Source: Chiloscyllium plagiosum (taxonomy: Eukaryota). Taken from it: a DNA stretch of 64,000 nt. The stretch is taken from assembly GCF_004010195.1 (NCBI RefSeq), contig NC_057722.1:65665932-65729931 (forward strand), given 5' to 3'. Of the stretch, positions 26,085-37,864 are shown piece by piece. Positions within the stretch are counted from its first letter, which is position 1; each line of letters begins with the position of its first letter. The position numbers and the translations under genes are program-made. The notes beneath the pieces were generated by a model. The model was not told the origin of the DNA and ran no database searches. It worked only from the letters and a program-made list of their open reading frames with translations.

Positions 26085-27016
26085 ATTCCGTTCATTGCAT
26101 AAAATGTCCATTGGAATTCAAATCTAATGAACGACGGGATCAATGCATTCCAAAGGATATTGAGTTTCTTTCCTTTTTTGAGACATTGGGAATCATTCTG
26201 GTGACACTGGCGCTGTTTGGAGCCTGCACCGCTGTTGGTGTGTGTGCAATATTCTATGTGTACAGATGTACTCCGATTGTTAAAGCTAATAACTCTGAGT
26301 TAAGTTTCCTTCTTCTTTTTGCCCTGACACTTTGTTTTCTGTGTTCAATTACATTCATTGGGGAACCTTCAGTTTGGTCTTGTATGCTCTGCCACGTAGC
26401 GTTTGGTATTAGTTTTGTTCTTTGCATTTCTTGTGTATTGAGTAAAACAATCGTTGTGGTGATGGCGTTCAAAGCAACGCTGCCTGGCAATAATATGATG
26501 AAGTGGTTTGGACCAAGACAGCAACGGCTGGTGGTTTACATCCTCACACTGGTGCAATGTGCAATATGTACTACCTGGCTAATTGTATTTCCACCTTATC
26601 CATTGAAAAACACTAGTCACTCTAATGAGATAATCGTGTTTGAATGCAACGTAGGGTCTTCTTTAGCCTTCTACAGTGTACTCGGTTATATTGGATTTCT
26701 CTCCTGCGTGTGTTTTGTGGTAGCTTTTCTCGCTCGAAAACTTCCAGATAACTTCAATGAAGCGAAACACATAACGTTTAGCATGCTTATCTTTTGTGCA
26801 GTTTGGATAACTTTCATTCCAGCTTACATAAGTTCGCCAGGGAAATATGCTGTGGCGGTTGAAGTGTTTGCTATTTTGGCTTCCAGCTTTGGTCTACTAA
26901 TTTGCATTTTTGTTCCAAAATGTTATATTATTCTGTTGAAGAAAGAAAACAACACAAAAAGTTGCATAATGGGCTCAGTGTTTTCCAAAAAAAGCTTTGA
27001 AAATGTTCATAAATGA
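26085..27016 (+). CDS. V2R/OlfC gene B exon 6 (7TM)
   Basis: Acceptor tttttcag|, then DSVHCIKCP...[13 protein letters not shown]...NFNEAK to TGA at 27014-27016. The six exons total 2625 nt, i.e. 874 aa plus stop. Confidence 0.95.
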
Positions 27017-28189
27017 GGCCCGGATATTTTAGTAGCTAATTATTTTGCCGTAAAGGTAGTGAATGGAAATTCCATGCAGTGAACTGGAAAGCCGAATGTT
27101 ACCAGGTACACATTTTACACAATGGAATGAAACCACAATATCCAGTAGGTTGGGTCAATCATTTTGACTATTTTTATACTTCTCCCCCATTTTTCATTTA
27201 ATCAGATTTGAAAATCGTGTGTGATCTATATTTATTTAAATATGGATCATTGTCACTTTTAGTTTCCTCAACCTGCCTTGAATTTCTTCATCGCGTGGAG
27301 TTTAGATTTGAAACTTACTTTATCTATCAACAGAAAATCAGTTTCGAAACTTGGCCTATTCAAGTGTGCAAAATAGATTACTCACATCATTGTAGCAAAA
27401 CGCGTTAATAAAAATGCTGCCACTGTGCAATGTTGATGTTGAGGGTTGTCACTGGCGGGACGGTTGGGTGATGGTGGTGGTGGGAAGAGGAAAGGCTTTG
27501 GAATCTTTGAGTTTACTATGTTGGCGGTAATGCGGAAAAGTGAATATTCTGCTTGTTTCAGAGTTAGTTTTCGATTCGTATTCCAAAGGAGCTCACAAAT
27601 AATTTGTTTCACGCGTTCTTAATGTATGGTTAATATGCACTCGCTAACCAGTAGCCTTTTTATGCTTATTAAATCAATACGAACCACGTGTTTTGCCGAA
27701 ACATGTTTGTGTACTTTCTCACTGAGATGTTGTAATTCACTGCTGTAACTTCCTTATCTACCTTTCAGTATTTTGCAAATGTTTTGTTGTTCCTTTACTA
27801 AATGGCAGTTCACAGAATTAAAGGTTTGTCTCACAGAACAGGCTGGCTGTAGGTCTACACCCTAAGGAGTACAGTTAAGCCTCTGATTGACCACCGACTT
27901 CTTAAGTATGATTTGGGATGGTGAAGTACTGATGGACTTGTCAATGGTGTCCACATGTCATAAATTAATAAAAAAAATCCAAAGACTGTTGCAATTGTAT
28001 CATTGTGTTTCCAATTAATCATGGAATATCACATTGCAGGGGAAGACTATTTGGATGATTGCACCATGTCAGTCCTTTTTAGATAACTTCCATGCTTTTT
28101 TCTGATAATAATGACATTTTCTCCATTTCAAGTCCTTATGCAAATCTATTCTGAATTTCATTATTGACACTGCTTCCACTAGCACTTCA

Positions 28190-28312
28190 GACTTCACCTG
28201 ACGAAGGAGCAACGCTCCAGTAGCTTGTGATTTTGAATAAACCTGTTGAACTTTACCTCGTATTGTATGACTTTTGAATTTGTCCACCCCAGTCCAACAT
28301 CGGCTTTCCACA
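28190..28312 (+). mobile_element. Decayed PLE pLTR end
   Basis: Reverse-complement similarity to 4776-4890. CTGACGA-A-GGAGC-AAC-GCTCC is present but the GAAA is lost. Confidence 0.7.
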
Positions 28313-28350
28313 TTAAGGCTTAAAGATTCACTCAACTCTAAGATAAATAT

Positions 28351-28628
28351 TAGATTAGATTAGATTAGATTTTAGCGTGAAACAGGCCCTTCGGCCCAAC
28401 AAGTCCACACCGACCCGCCGAAGNNNNNNNNNNNNNNNNNNNNNNNNNNNNNNNNNNNNNNNNNNNNNNNNNNNNNNNNNNNNNNNNNNNNNNNNNNNNN
28501 NNNNNNNNNNNNNNNNNNNNNNNNNNGGGGAGAACGTGCAAACTCCACACAGTCAGTCGCCTGAGGCGGGAATTGAACCTCTCAGGCGCTGTGAGGCAGC
28601 AGTGCTAACCACTGTGCCACCGTGCCGC
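28351..28628 (-). mobile_element. V-SINE spanning an assembly gap
   Basis: Tail left of the N run, head to its right. ATAAATATT repeated at 28343-28351 and 28653-28661. Confidence 0.8.
28424..28526. other. Assembly gap
   Basis: Run of 103 N. Confidence 1.
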
Positions 28629-29956
28629 TCACAAAGTAAGTAATCTAATCTAATAAATATTCTCTAGTCTCTCCATTTTTGTATTGTGCAAGTCAGCATT
28701 CCATTTGAAATATAATGTGTAGAGCATGCTTAGTTCCAGAGTTGCTTTGTGGAGAACTTTAATTCTGCTCAGTAAAAGTGGAATGGTTTATAATATCTTT
28801 TTTGATAGTTCATAGATTACTGAATAGGCATTCAAAGCAAAAATTCATGAATGGAATGCCAGTAAATATGGGAAAGATAGAGATGTAAAACTTCATTTTT
28901 ATGAGAAGCAATTACTATACTGTCAGGTCCATATCTACACAACACATGCTGGGACACAGTCAGAAGTCAAAAATAGTTGAAAGACTGTGCTGTTCATATA
29001 ATCTTTAGAGTGTGCAAGCCGGCCTTTTGGCTCATTGGATCCACACCAACCTTCCAAACAGCATCAAACCCAGACCTACACCCCTGATTCTACCCATCGA
29101 ACACTACATTTCCGATGGCTAAGCCTGCACATCCCTGGCCACAGTTTGACAATTCAGCGTGGCCGATCTACCTAGCTTGCACATCGTTGAACTGTGGGAC
29201 AAAACTGGAGCACCTGGAGAAAACCCATGCAAACACAGGGAGAGTGTGAAAACTCCATATAGACAGTCTCCCGAGGCAGGACAGCTGTATGTATCCCCAG
29301 AAAAGAGCAGCCATTGAGGCAGTCCATGTTGCAGCAACATATGGCATGGAGTTGGAAGGATGGATCATCAAAAATTAAGAATTGTAATCCCTTGTGAGCT
29401 TTCATTAGAACCTATGATCCACCATGTCATTGATGTATGTGGACAGTTATGAGAAATCCATGGGATCTATCGGGATTACAATACATGTTTGCTGTGTGAT
29501 ATGGTGTGTTTCTTTAATCACTTGTGGGACGTAAATGTTGTTGTCTGGTCGGCAATTACTGCCCATCCCTAGTTGTTATTTTGAAGTTGGTGTTCAGCTG
29601 TTTTCCTGAACCAGCAGACTGTGTGCTGTACGTGGTTGCATAATGTCATTAGAGAAGGAATTCCAGCATTTGATCACAGCAAAGATGGAGCTTCATCAAA
29701 TTGTAGTTCTGTTTTTTTTAATGCATTTTACATGCTTTAGAGATTATACTAGCATTCTTGTACAGTACAGTCCCACTGGCTCGTCAAAGCTGCGGCTTTC
29801 TGGTCTTTGAGTTCCTAGAACTTCTGTCTCATTGAAAAATATAAACATTGCTGATCTCTGAACAGTTCATGGCATAGTTTGATGGCCTCATAGTAGAAAT
29901 AATGTGGTGATCGTGGCTGATGCCATAACATAAAATTGCTCGTCTGATAAGGGATC

Positions 29957-30197
29957 AGGCGACTGACTGTGTGGAGCTTGCATGTTCTCCCCGTGTCTGC
30001 GTGGGTTTCCTCCGGGTGCTCCGGTTTCCTCCCACAGTCCAAAGATGTGCAGGCCAGGTGAATTGGCCATGCTAAATTGCCCGTAGTGTTAGGTAAGGGG
30101 TAACTGTAGGGGTATGGGTGGGTTGCGCTTCGGCGGGTCGGTATGGACTTGTTGGGCCAAAGGGCCTGTTTCCACACTGTAATGTAATCTAATCTAA
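29957..30197 (+). mobile_element. 5'-truncated V-SINE
   Basis: V domain and (TAATC)n tail, no tRNA-like head. Confidence 0.85.
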
Positions 30198-31164
30198 TAA
30201 CAAATCCCATTCCAGAATTTGCCAGCACAGTAATTGGCCATAACTAAGGATTCCCATAACCTCAGTGATTCTACAGGTGACACTCTATTGGACAAAATTC
30301 AACGTTTTGTAATTTAGTTTACATTATTCTCTTCTCTTCAATTCTATTGCAATGTGGGCATGATTGACATGGCCATTTGAGGCTGATCTCAAGGTTGTGG
30401 GAAACTATTTGCTTCAATCACCTATCTACTTAGTACTGTGTTGAAGGTGTTGCAGGATTTTGATTCATTAACAGTGAAGGAGTTTATTGAGATACGTACT
30501 GCTGTCATATATCAGGACCCTACATGTGTCCTGATTGGTGTACATTCAGATAACTAGCTGGGAATGTTGAAATTATTAGAATTAAGTCTGCACTCTCTGA
30601 GTTCTTCCAAAAATATCTCCAAAGCACACCTCAGTGTTGGATACGTCAGCCTATTCTATTATACTTACCTGAATACCTAACCTGGCTTTGTCCCATCTTC
30701 AATCCAGGCCAATGGCTAATTGTGGAGCTCAACCCATTATAACTTCATGGCACTCACAAACCCCAAACTACATATTCACCTCCCTGTTGCCCTCATATCC
30801 CTGTATCCAATGCCAAAAATCCCATTCTCAGGGTTACGCTTTCCAAATTCAACAGCCCAACTGTCAAACACCCTTCCACCCAACTCCACTTCATGACTTG
30901 GCTATCTAACCCTGCGGCCCAAGTGCAATTTATGAATATATACAGCAAAGAACACAGCATACCTCCTTTCTCCTGTCAGCAATCTTGCATGTATACTGTC
31001 ACCGTCACTTAATCCAATTTTTAAATGTAGTACGTTATCAAAAGACGGAAGCACATGATACGGAATATTTACCTCAGCACCTTCCAAATCGTCATTTTTT
31101 TGGCAGCATTTGTTATTCATGCACAAAATACCCTGTAAAGTGTCCTTTTCATCCCTTAAAAAAC

Positions 31165-31650
31165 CTTAGAGCGAGTAACAAACACTACATTGGACAAACA
31201 GGCAGAAAACTAGCCACCAGGATACATGAACACCAATTAGCCACAAAAAGACATGAGCCTCTCTCACTAGTATGGTCACATATGGATGAGGAAGGACATT
31301 AGTTCGACTGGGACCATCCATCCATCCTTGGACAAGCCAAACAAAGACAGGCACTAGAATTCCTAGAAGCATGGCATTGCAACCAGAACTCTATCAACAA
31401 ACACACCGAGTTAGACCCCACTTACTGCCCCCCCCTGAGAAAAGGAACAGGAAGTGACTTCACCACAGGAAATAACATCACCACAGAAAAGACATCACCA
31501 ACCCAAAGAAACCCAAATATAAAAATAGAAAGCAGGAATTTTCAGCATTGCTCCCCTGAGGCTCACTGAAGATGTTACCTAATAGGGTAACGAAACATCT
31601 GGAAATGAATCTTCGAGCTCAGCCAGCAAACCTACATCCAAAACCCGAGA
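31165..31650 (+). mobile_element. PLE 3' fragment (GIY-YIG endonuclease) with a hammerhead-like motif
   Basis: KHYIGQTGRKLATRIHEHQLA...FDWD...LEFLEAWH, followed by CTGAAGA-T-GTTACC-loop-GGTAAC-GAAACATC at 31566-31599. Confidence 0.85.
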
Positions 31651-31767
31651 GCGAATTGAGTTTGATAAAGATTTTGATGATAACTTCACAATCAAATAAC
31701 TAACTTAAAGCAGTCAACAGAATCTATTTTCAATTAACCCACATTGGCTGTCATTTAGATTAGACTC

Positions 31768-32338
31768 TGGATCAGTGGTGCTGGAAGAGCACAGCAATTC
31801 AGGCAGCATCCGACGTGCAGCAAAATCGACGTTTCGGGCAAAAGCCCTTCATTCCTGATGAAGGGCTTTTGCCCGAAACGTTGATTTTGCTGCTCGTCGG
31901 ATGCTGCCTGAATAGACAATAGACAATCGATCCACTGTCCTCTGGGGCAGAGCATTCCACACAGCCACCACTCTCTGGGTGAAGAGGTTTCTCCTGAGCT
32001 CTGTCCTAAATGGTCTACCCTGTATTTTTAAGCTGTGTCCTCTGGTTCGGCACTCACCCATCAGTGGAAATATGTTTCCTACTGCCAGAGTGTCCAATCC
32101 TTTCATAATCTTATATGTCTCAATCAGATCCCCTCTCAATCTTCGAAACTCAAGGGTATACAAGCCCAGTCGCTTCAGTCTTTCAGTGTAAGGTAATCCT
32201 GCCATTCCAGGCATTGACCTCGTGAACCTACGCTGCACTCCCTCAATAGCCAGAATGTCTTTTCTCAAATTGCTGTGCTCTTCCAGCACCACTGATCCAG
32301 AATCTGGTTTCCAGCATCTGCAGTCATTGTTTTTACCT
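31768..32338. mobile_element. Palindromic PLE-derived mini-element interrupted by a CR1 fragment
   Basis: Hairpin centred near 31852. The right arm is split by a CR1 insert (about 31914-32267). 15-bp TSD ATTTAGATTAGACTC at 31753-31767 and 32339-32353. Confidence 0.82.
31914..32267 (-). mobile_element. CR1 3' fragment nested in a PLE hairpin
   Basis: KDILAIEGVQRRFTR...LRGDLIETYKIMKG, with an (ATTGTCT)n tail. Confidence 0.88.
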
Positions 32339-32568
32339 ATTTAGATTAGACTCCCTACAATGCAGAAACGGGCCATTCGGCACCAGTCCACACGGACTCT
32401 CTGAAGATTAATCCACCCCATTACCCTCCGGGGCACCTGGAGAAAACCCATGCAGACACGGGGAGAATGTGCAGACTCCACACAGGCAGTCGCCCGAAGC
32501 TGGAATTGAACCTCGGACCCTGGTGCTGTGAGGCAGCAGTGCTAACCACTGAGCCACCATGCCGCCCC
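32339..32568 (-). mobile_element. V-SINE with an internal deletion
   Basis: Head ends GCCGCCCC at 32568. Its tail is the target site of the 31768 PLE hairpin. Confidence 0.8.
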
Positions 32569-33108
32569 ACTAGTTCAAATTGTTCCAAATATCAACTAAT
32601 TTTAGATCATTTTCTGTAAATTCCTGTTAGCAACGATTTTCTGATGACAGGCCTGAAATTATCCGGTTTACCCTCTAACGTGTTTCTAACGGATGTATAA
32701 CATGTGAAATAGTGTGGTCGCCTGCCAGTGCTCCCGAATCACCCGGCGTTGTAAAATTATGAGCTGGACCTTTGCTTACTTTCACAATGTAGAAGTGCTG
32801 ACAACCTTTGCTCTGCGTTCTTATCCTCTGCATTTTAAGCTATTCCATTTCTATTGTGTTTCCTCATTTGCAGAAACGGATCTAGTAACACAATTGTACT
32901 CAACTGCTTACAAAGGCTCCTCGCTAAGTTGTCTTCCGTTTTCACCTAAACTCTAAACTGATCGCGTAGTGTTCATGGCAACTTGTGAAGATGAACACCA
33001 TGCAAACTTTTAGTTGATTCTTTCATGATTGTGTTACCTGATCACTGCGTTGTTGCTTGAAACACAGTACAATTGCTCTTGGTAAGACACGCGATTGAAT
33101 TTCAAAAT

Positions 33109-33217
33109 GATTTGGAGATGCCGGTGTTGGACTGGGGTGTACAAAATCACACAACACCAGGTTATAGTTCAACAGGTTTAATTGAAAGCACAAGCTTTCA
33201 TTCATCAGGTAGTTGTG
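33109..33217 (-). mobile_element. Short PLE pLTR fragment (same family as 4776-8630)
   Basis: Matches 4776-4895 with internal deletions. 12-bp TSD GAATTTCAAAAT at 33097-33108 and 33218-33229. Confidence 0.8.
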
Positions 33218-34050
33218 GAATTTCAAAATAATTGTTTGGAATATATCAATTTGAGCTGATATAAAGCAGCATAAAGAACTGCGTGGCGATCTCAGACAAA
33301 CAGAAATTGCTAGAGACTCAGCATGTATGGAGAGATAAAGCAGCGTTAAGTTTCGACTCCAGTAACTTCTTCTTCAGTTTTGAAGAAATTGCTGAAGTCG
33401 AAACGTTAATTAACTTTTATCTGTAGAGATAATGACAGACCTGTTGAGTTTGTCCAATACACTCTGTTTCAACTTGTGCTCATATTTCTGCACCAAGATA
33501 TTGAAATTATACGTGAAATTCGTATACGTGATTCCTCACAACAATCCTTCAAGCCGACCTTTTATTGAGAAAGGGCATGTCACTTTATAAGGATTTTAAC
33601 AATCTTAGCAGGTCCCATTGCACGTTATGACCAATGAAGTGTTTTTTTTGGCATGCAGTTGCTGTTACAATATACGAAAATATTTAATCCGTTAACTGCT
33701 ACATCCCAGATAATAAAGTTCTCCCTCTTCTTTTCCGCATTAAGTACAGAATGGTGCAGAGGGTTTCGTCTATGCAGTCTGAGGCGGCTATCGGAAAATT
33801 CTATTAAAGTAGCTCCACAGCCCAGCATTAGTCTACACCCCACGGTCATGTTTGTTTCCCTTCTCAATACATCACGAATTACCACTGAATAAGGTCCCAG
33901 CGATCTCCTTGTATCTCTCGAGCTTTAGATATGCCAAGACTTGCCCGTGTGATAATTCCTTTGTGGGTTTTGAGGCAGTTGTGAGACATTTCCTTCACGC
34001 GCAATCAATTCTAACTGAAAGAAATGGAAAAGCGGTGAGATGATACTGTG

Positions 34051-34056
34051 TATAAA
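34051..34056 (+). promoter_or_regulatory. TATA box of gene C
   Basis: TATAAA about 50 bp upstream of the ATG, similar spacing to genes B and E. Confidence 0.5.
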
Positions 34057-34103
34057 GGCACTTGCTGGGAATTTACAATCACGGTGACTCTTGCTGATAA
34101 AGG

Positions 34104-34309
34104 ATGGTTTTGCTTTGGGCGTTGTTCACCCTGCTAACACCTGTATGGGCAGGCTATCAGCCAGTCTGCAAACAGTGGGAGAAATTCGACTTGCTCAGTT
34201 TATTCAAGGCTGGAGACATTGTTTTGGGCGGAATTTTCAGCCTGCACTCCAACGTAGAATATCGGAAAGTATCATTTGCAAGGCAGCCCGAGGCGGTAGA
34301 ATGTAAAAC
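34104..34309 (+). CDS. V2R/OlfC gene C exon 1
   Basis: MVLLWALFTLLTPVWAG (signal peptide)...GDIVLGGIFSLH...VECK. Phase-2 donor AC|gttagt. TATAAA at 34051-34056. Confidence 0.92.
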
Positions 34310-34658
34310 GTTAGTTGAATTTTGCAATGAACAAAATCTCTTTTAAAATTCTGCGATTTTATGTTTTGTCTGGTGGGTGCATCATTGAGCCTGTTTGTAT
34401 ATCGAATGATATCTCAAATTGTAGCGAAAGGTAAAAGTCCTTCAGTTGCCACGACCATTATCCAAATATGGGTTCAAAGTGTTGAAAGAGAAGTTGGTCG
34501 TGCGCCTGCATTGTTGTTGCTTTTTTAACTTTTACATTGACAACTTTACAAGAACTGTAGATCTCAATTAATCGTACACCCGATCTCTCTAAATCGCGTA
34601 ATTCGTCAAATACCAATGTGATTTCTTTCCCGTTCTGCCATCATTGTATTTTTTGTAG

Positions 34659-34941
34659 GTTTGATTTCAGAGAATTTCGCTTTGTGCAGGCGATGTTGTT
34701 CGCAATTGAAGAAATAAACAGGAACCCCACTCTGCTCCCGAACCTTACACTGGGTTACCAGATTTATGATTCGTGTGGCATGCCGTCCTTGTCTATTAAA
34801 GCAGCCTTAGAGATGCTGGATGGGCGAAGGGACGCTGTTTCAGAGGATAACTGTAGGAACGTAAATGCTATTGTTGGTGATTCAGGATCCTCACAGTCCG
34901 CCGCAGTTTCAAGGCTACTAAGCCCTTTTAGAATTCCCATG
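34659..34941 (+). CDS. V2R/OlfC gene C exon 2
   Basis: Acceptor ttttgtag|, donor ATG|gtaagt. Encodes [39 protein letters not shown]...[10 protein letters not shown]. Confidence 0.94.
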
Positions 34942-35534
34942 GTAAGTGAACTACATCGAGTACTACGACAGCGCAACTTCGGGAAGTTCCTACAACATAG
35001 GATCATGAAGTTTTATTTTACTTAGAGAAAGATATCTTTCGGTTCCTCGTGTCCACGCCCGTGATCAAACACCCATCTATTCCCATCCCATTTCCCAACT
35101 TGTCTCCTTGTATGGAATGACGTAAAAAAAGGTTCATTTAAATGGTTTTAAAATGTCTCAAGGGTTCACCCCTCACCCTTTTCGGCAGTGGGTTTTTGAT
35201 ACCAGAAAATAAAATCCTCAATTTCCTGTTCCTTACCTTAAAACAGTGACTCCTGGTTAATGTGCCCTCTACTAAGAGTAAAAGTTTCTCCCTAGCTATA
35301 CTTCCTGTACCCCTCAGAGCTATGTACAGCTCCATCAGGTCCCCCCTCAGCCTTGTCCGCCCATGGAAAACAACCTATCCAATCTAGTCTCTCTTCATTA
35401 CTGTATCACTCCTGCACAATCACCCTTCTGATGAGTGTCGATTGCTCAATCTCTAATGCGATTGCATCCTTGTTATTTTATGGTTTATAAATGCTTCAGC
35501 AGCCGTGTGTCATTAAGCACAGCTCGATCATAAC

Positions 35535-35577
35535 TTTCACTGCAGTCAAGGTTTTCTATACCTTGACTGCAGTGAAA
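35535..35577. repeat. Perfect 18-bp inverted repeat with a 7-nt loop
   Basis: TTTCACTGCAGTCAAGGT-tttctat-ACCTTGACTGCAGTGAAA. Confidence 0.9.
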
Positions 35578-36004
35578 TTGATTGAATTGACGAAGCTTTA
35601 ATCTCATTCGAAATTCACTAAAATCAACCCAGAGAATAGTGAAAACGAGAAACAAAAGGTGACTAGATCACAGAATGGAATGGGAATTTATCATTTCCAT
35701 TTCATTCACTGATTTGCAATCGTTGTGGTACATCACACAAAATGAACATATATTTTAATCATTATTCATAATCATCAACTATTGACATTCTTCCAGTTAT
35801 TTGAAATTGATGCGTTTTTGAATAAGCAAGAAGGATTAAATATTTCTGGTCTAGAAATATTTTATTGATCAAATGTCTCATTAAGATTGTATCATGAAGG
35901 CTTGCAACAGGGCGCTTTGGCTCTCACTATCAAATATGCAAAAACAATTACTTCCAAATATTGTTTGTGCTATTTTGTTCTCGTGCCCAGTTGATATTGC
36001 GAAG

Positions 36005-36206
36005 ATTTGGAGATACCGTGTTGGACTGGAGTGTACAAAGTTAAACATTACACAACACCAGGTTATAGGCCATCAGGTTTAATTGGAAGCACTAGCTTTC
36101 GGAGCGCTGCTCCTTCATCAGGTGGTTGTGGAGCAGCGCTCCGAAAGTTAGTGCTTCCAATCAAACCTGTTGGACAATAACCTGGTGTTGTGTAATTTTT
36201 AACTTT
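36005..36206 (-). mobile_element. Palindromic PLE mini-element (family of 4776-8630)
   Basis: 77-bp inverted arms at 36037-36113 and 36130-36206. TSD TTGATATTG(C/T)GAAG at 35991-36004 and 36205-36218. Confidence 0.85.
36090..36124 (-). ncRNA. Minimal type I hammerhead ribozyme-like motif
   Basis: Reverse complement reads CAC-CTGATGA-A-GGAGC AGC GCTCC-GAAA-GC-TA^-GTG, with palindromic AGCT as stem III. Confidence 0.62.
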
Positions 36207-36479
36207 GATATTGTGAAGTGTCTCATTGTGTATTTGCAGTTTACTATTCACTGTTAATGTCTTGGTCACCTTTCATCTTTCTCCTCAGTGTCAACAAATT
36301 TTGTCTGAGATTTTGTGGAATTGCTGCGATTATGTCCTGCATTCTTATGATTACTGTCCATGTTGATAGCTCAACATCACACACACGCGCCACCAACTTA
36401 TTTGATTTTCTGAAGGTCAAGTTATGCAGTACATGTACAATCCAGGTGGTCGTTATCAGGATGAATGACCTATCCCGTT

Positions 36480-37195
36480 GCTTGAGCCTTAATCGTGTTG
36501 TAAACGGACTGATTTCTGGGATAGCAAGACTCAAATATGAGGCGAGACTGGATTGGCTAAGAATACGTTTATTGGTCAGAGTATTGAGTATACGAGATGG
36601 GAGGCCATGTTGCGGCTGTACAGGATATTGGTTAGGCCACTTTGGGAATACTGCACACAATTCTGTTCTTCCCCCTTTCGGAAGGATGGTGTGAAACTTG
36701 AAAGGGCTCAGAAAAGATTTACAAGGATGTTGCCAGGGTTGGAGGATTTGAGCTATAGGGAGAGGCTGAATAGGCTGTGGCTGTTTTCTTTGGAGCGTAG
36801 GAGGCTGAGTGGTGACCTTATAGAGGTTTATAAAATCATGAGGGGCATGGATAAGATAAATAGACAAAGTCTTTTCCCTGGGTGGGGCATTCGAAAACTA
36901 GAGAGCATAGGTTTTGGGTGAGAGGGGAAAGATTTAAAAGGGATCTAAGGGGCAACTTCTTCACACAGAAGGTGGTGCGTGGGGGAGAATGAGCTGCCAG
37001 AGGAAGTGGTGGAAGCTGGTACAATTGCAATATTTAAAAGGCATCTGGATGGGCATATGAAGAGGAAGAATTTAGAGGATATGGGCCAAGTGCTAGCAAA
37101 TGGGACTAGATTAGGTAGGAATATCTGGTCATCATGCATGAGTTGGACCGAAGGGTCTGTTTCCATGCTGTAAATCTCTATGGCTCCATGACTCT
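36480..37195 (+). mobile_element. CR1 LINE 3' end in gene C intron 2
   Basis: LYRILVRPLWEYC...LSGDLIEVYKIMRG followed by the 3' UTR. Confidence 0.88.
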
Positions 37196-37864
37196 CTCTC
37201 ATTATAATTTCAGAGTATTGGTGGATATCGCTGAATCCTGTAAAATTCTAACATGACTAGGCAGTGTAAATGCAGGCAGGATGTTTGCAATGACTGCAGA
37301 GTTCAGAATCATGGCTGAGACAGGTTAGGTAATCGTATTGAATGGTGGAGTCAGCTCAAATTATGTACTTTTACGCCTATTTTCGATGTTTCTAAATTAC
37401 ATCTTCACTGTTATATTCAAATGTCAAAATGTTCCAACTCTTGACAATCATTTAAGAGCAGGGACACTTTGAGGATAAGCCCACATAGGAAGGACTAATA
37501 ATAACTTGGATATTTGTCTTCATGAACATGTGAACACACCCAGCATTTGCTCCTTGATTGTGATTTCAATCAGTCTTTTACTGTGACACCATGTCAGATT
37601 CATTGAAACCTGTTGTCATCCAATATTCTTCATCTCTCATTTTCTAGTGTGAGTGTTGAGTAATATTTTTGGCCCAGATTCCTTGTCCTGGCTGTCATAG
37701 CAGCTGAAATCAATGAAGGAAGCACTCAGGGATAAGTTGGCTACAGCTACCCCTTATATTTGATACCTGAGATAGAGGAACAGACCAAAAGATTTGATGA
37801 CTAACTCATCAGAAGGCCTATCTTTTTGTTTTGCAATTTTTAAAACAATTCTGATTTCCAACAG

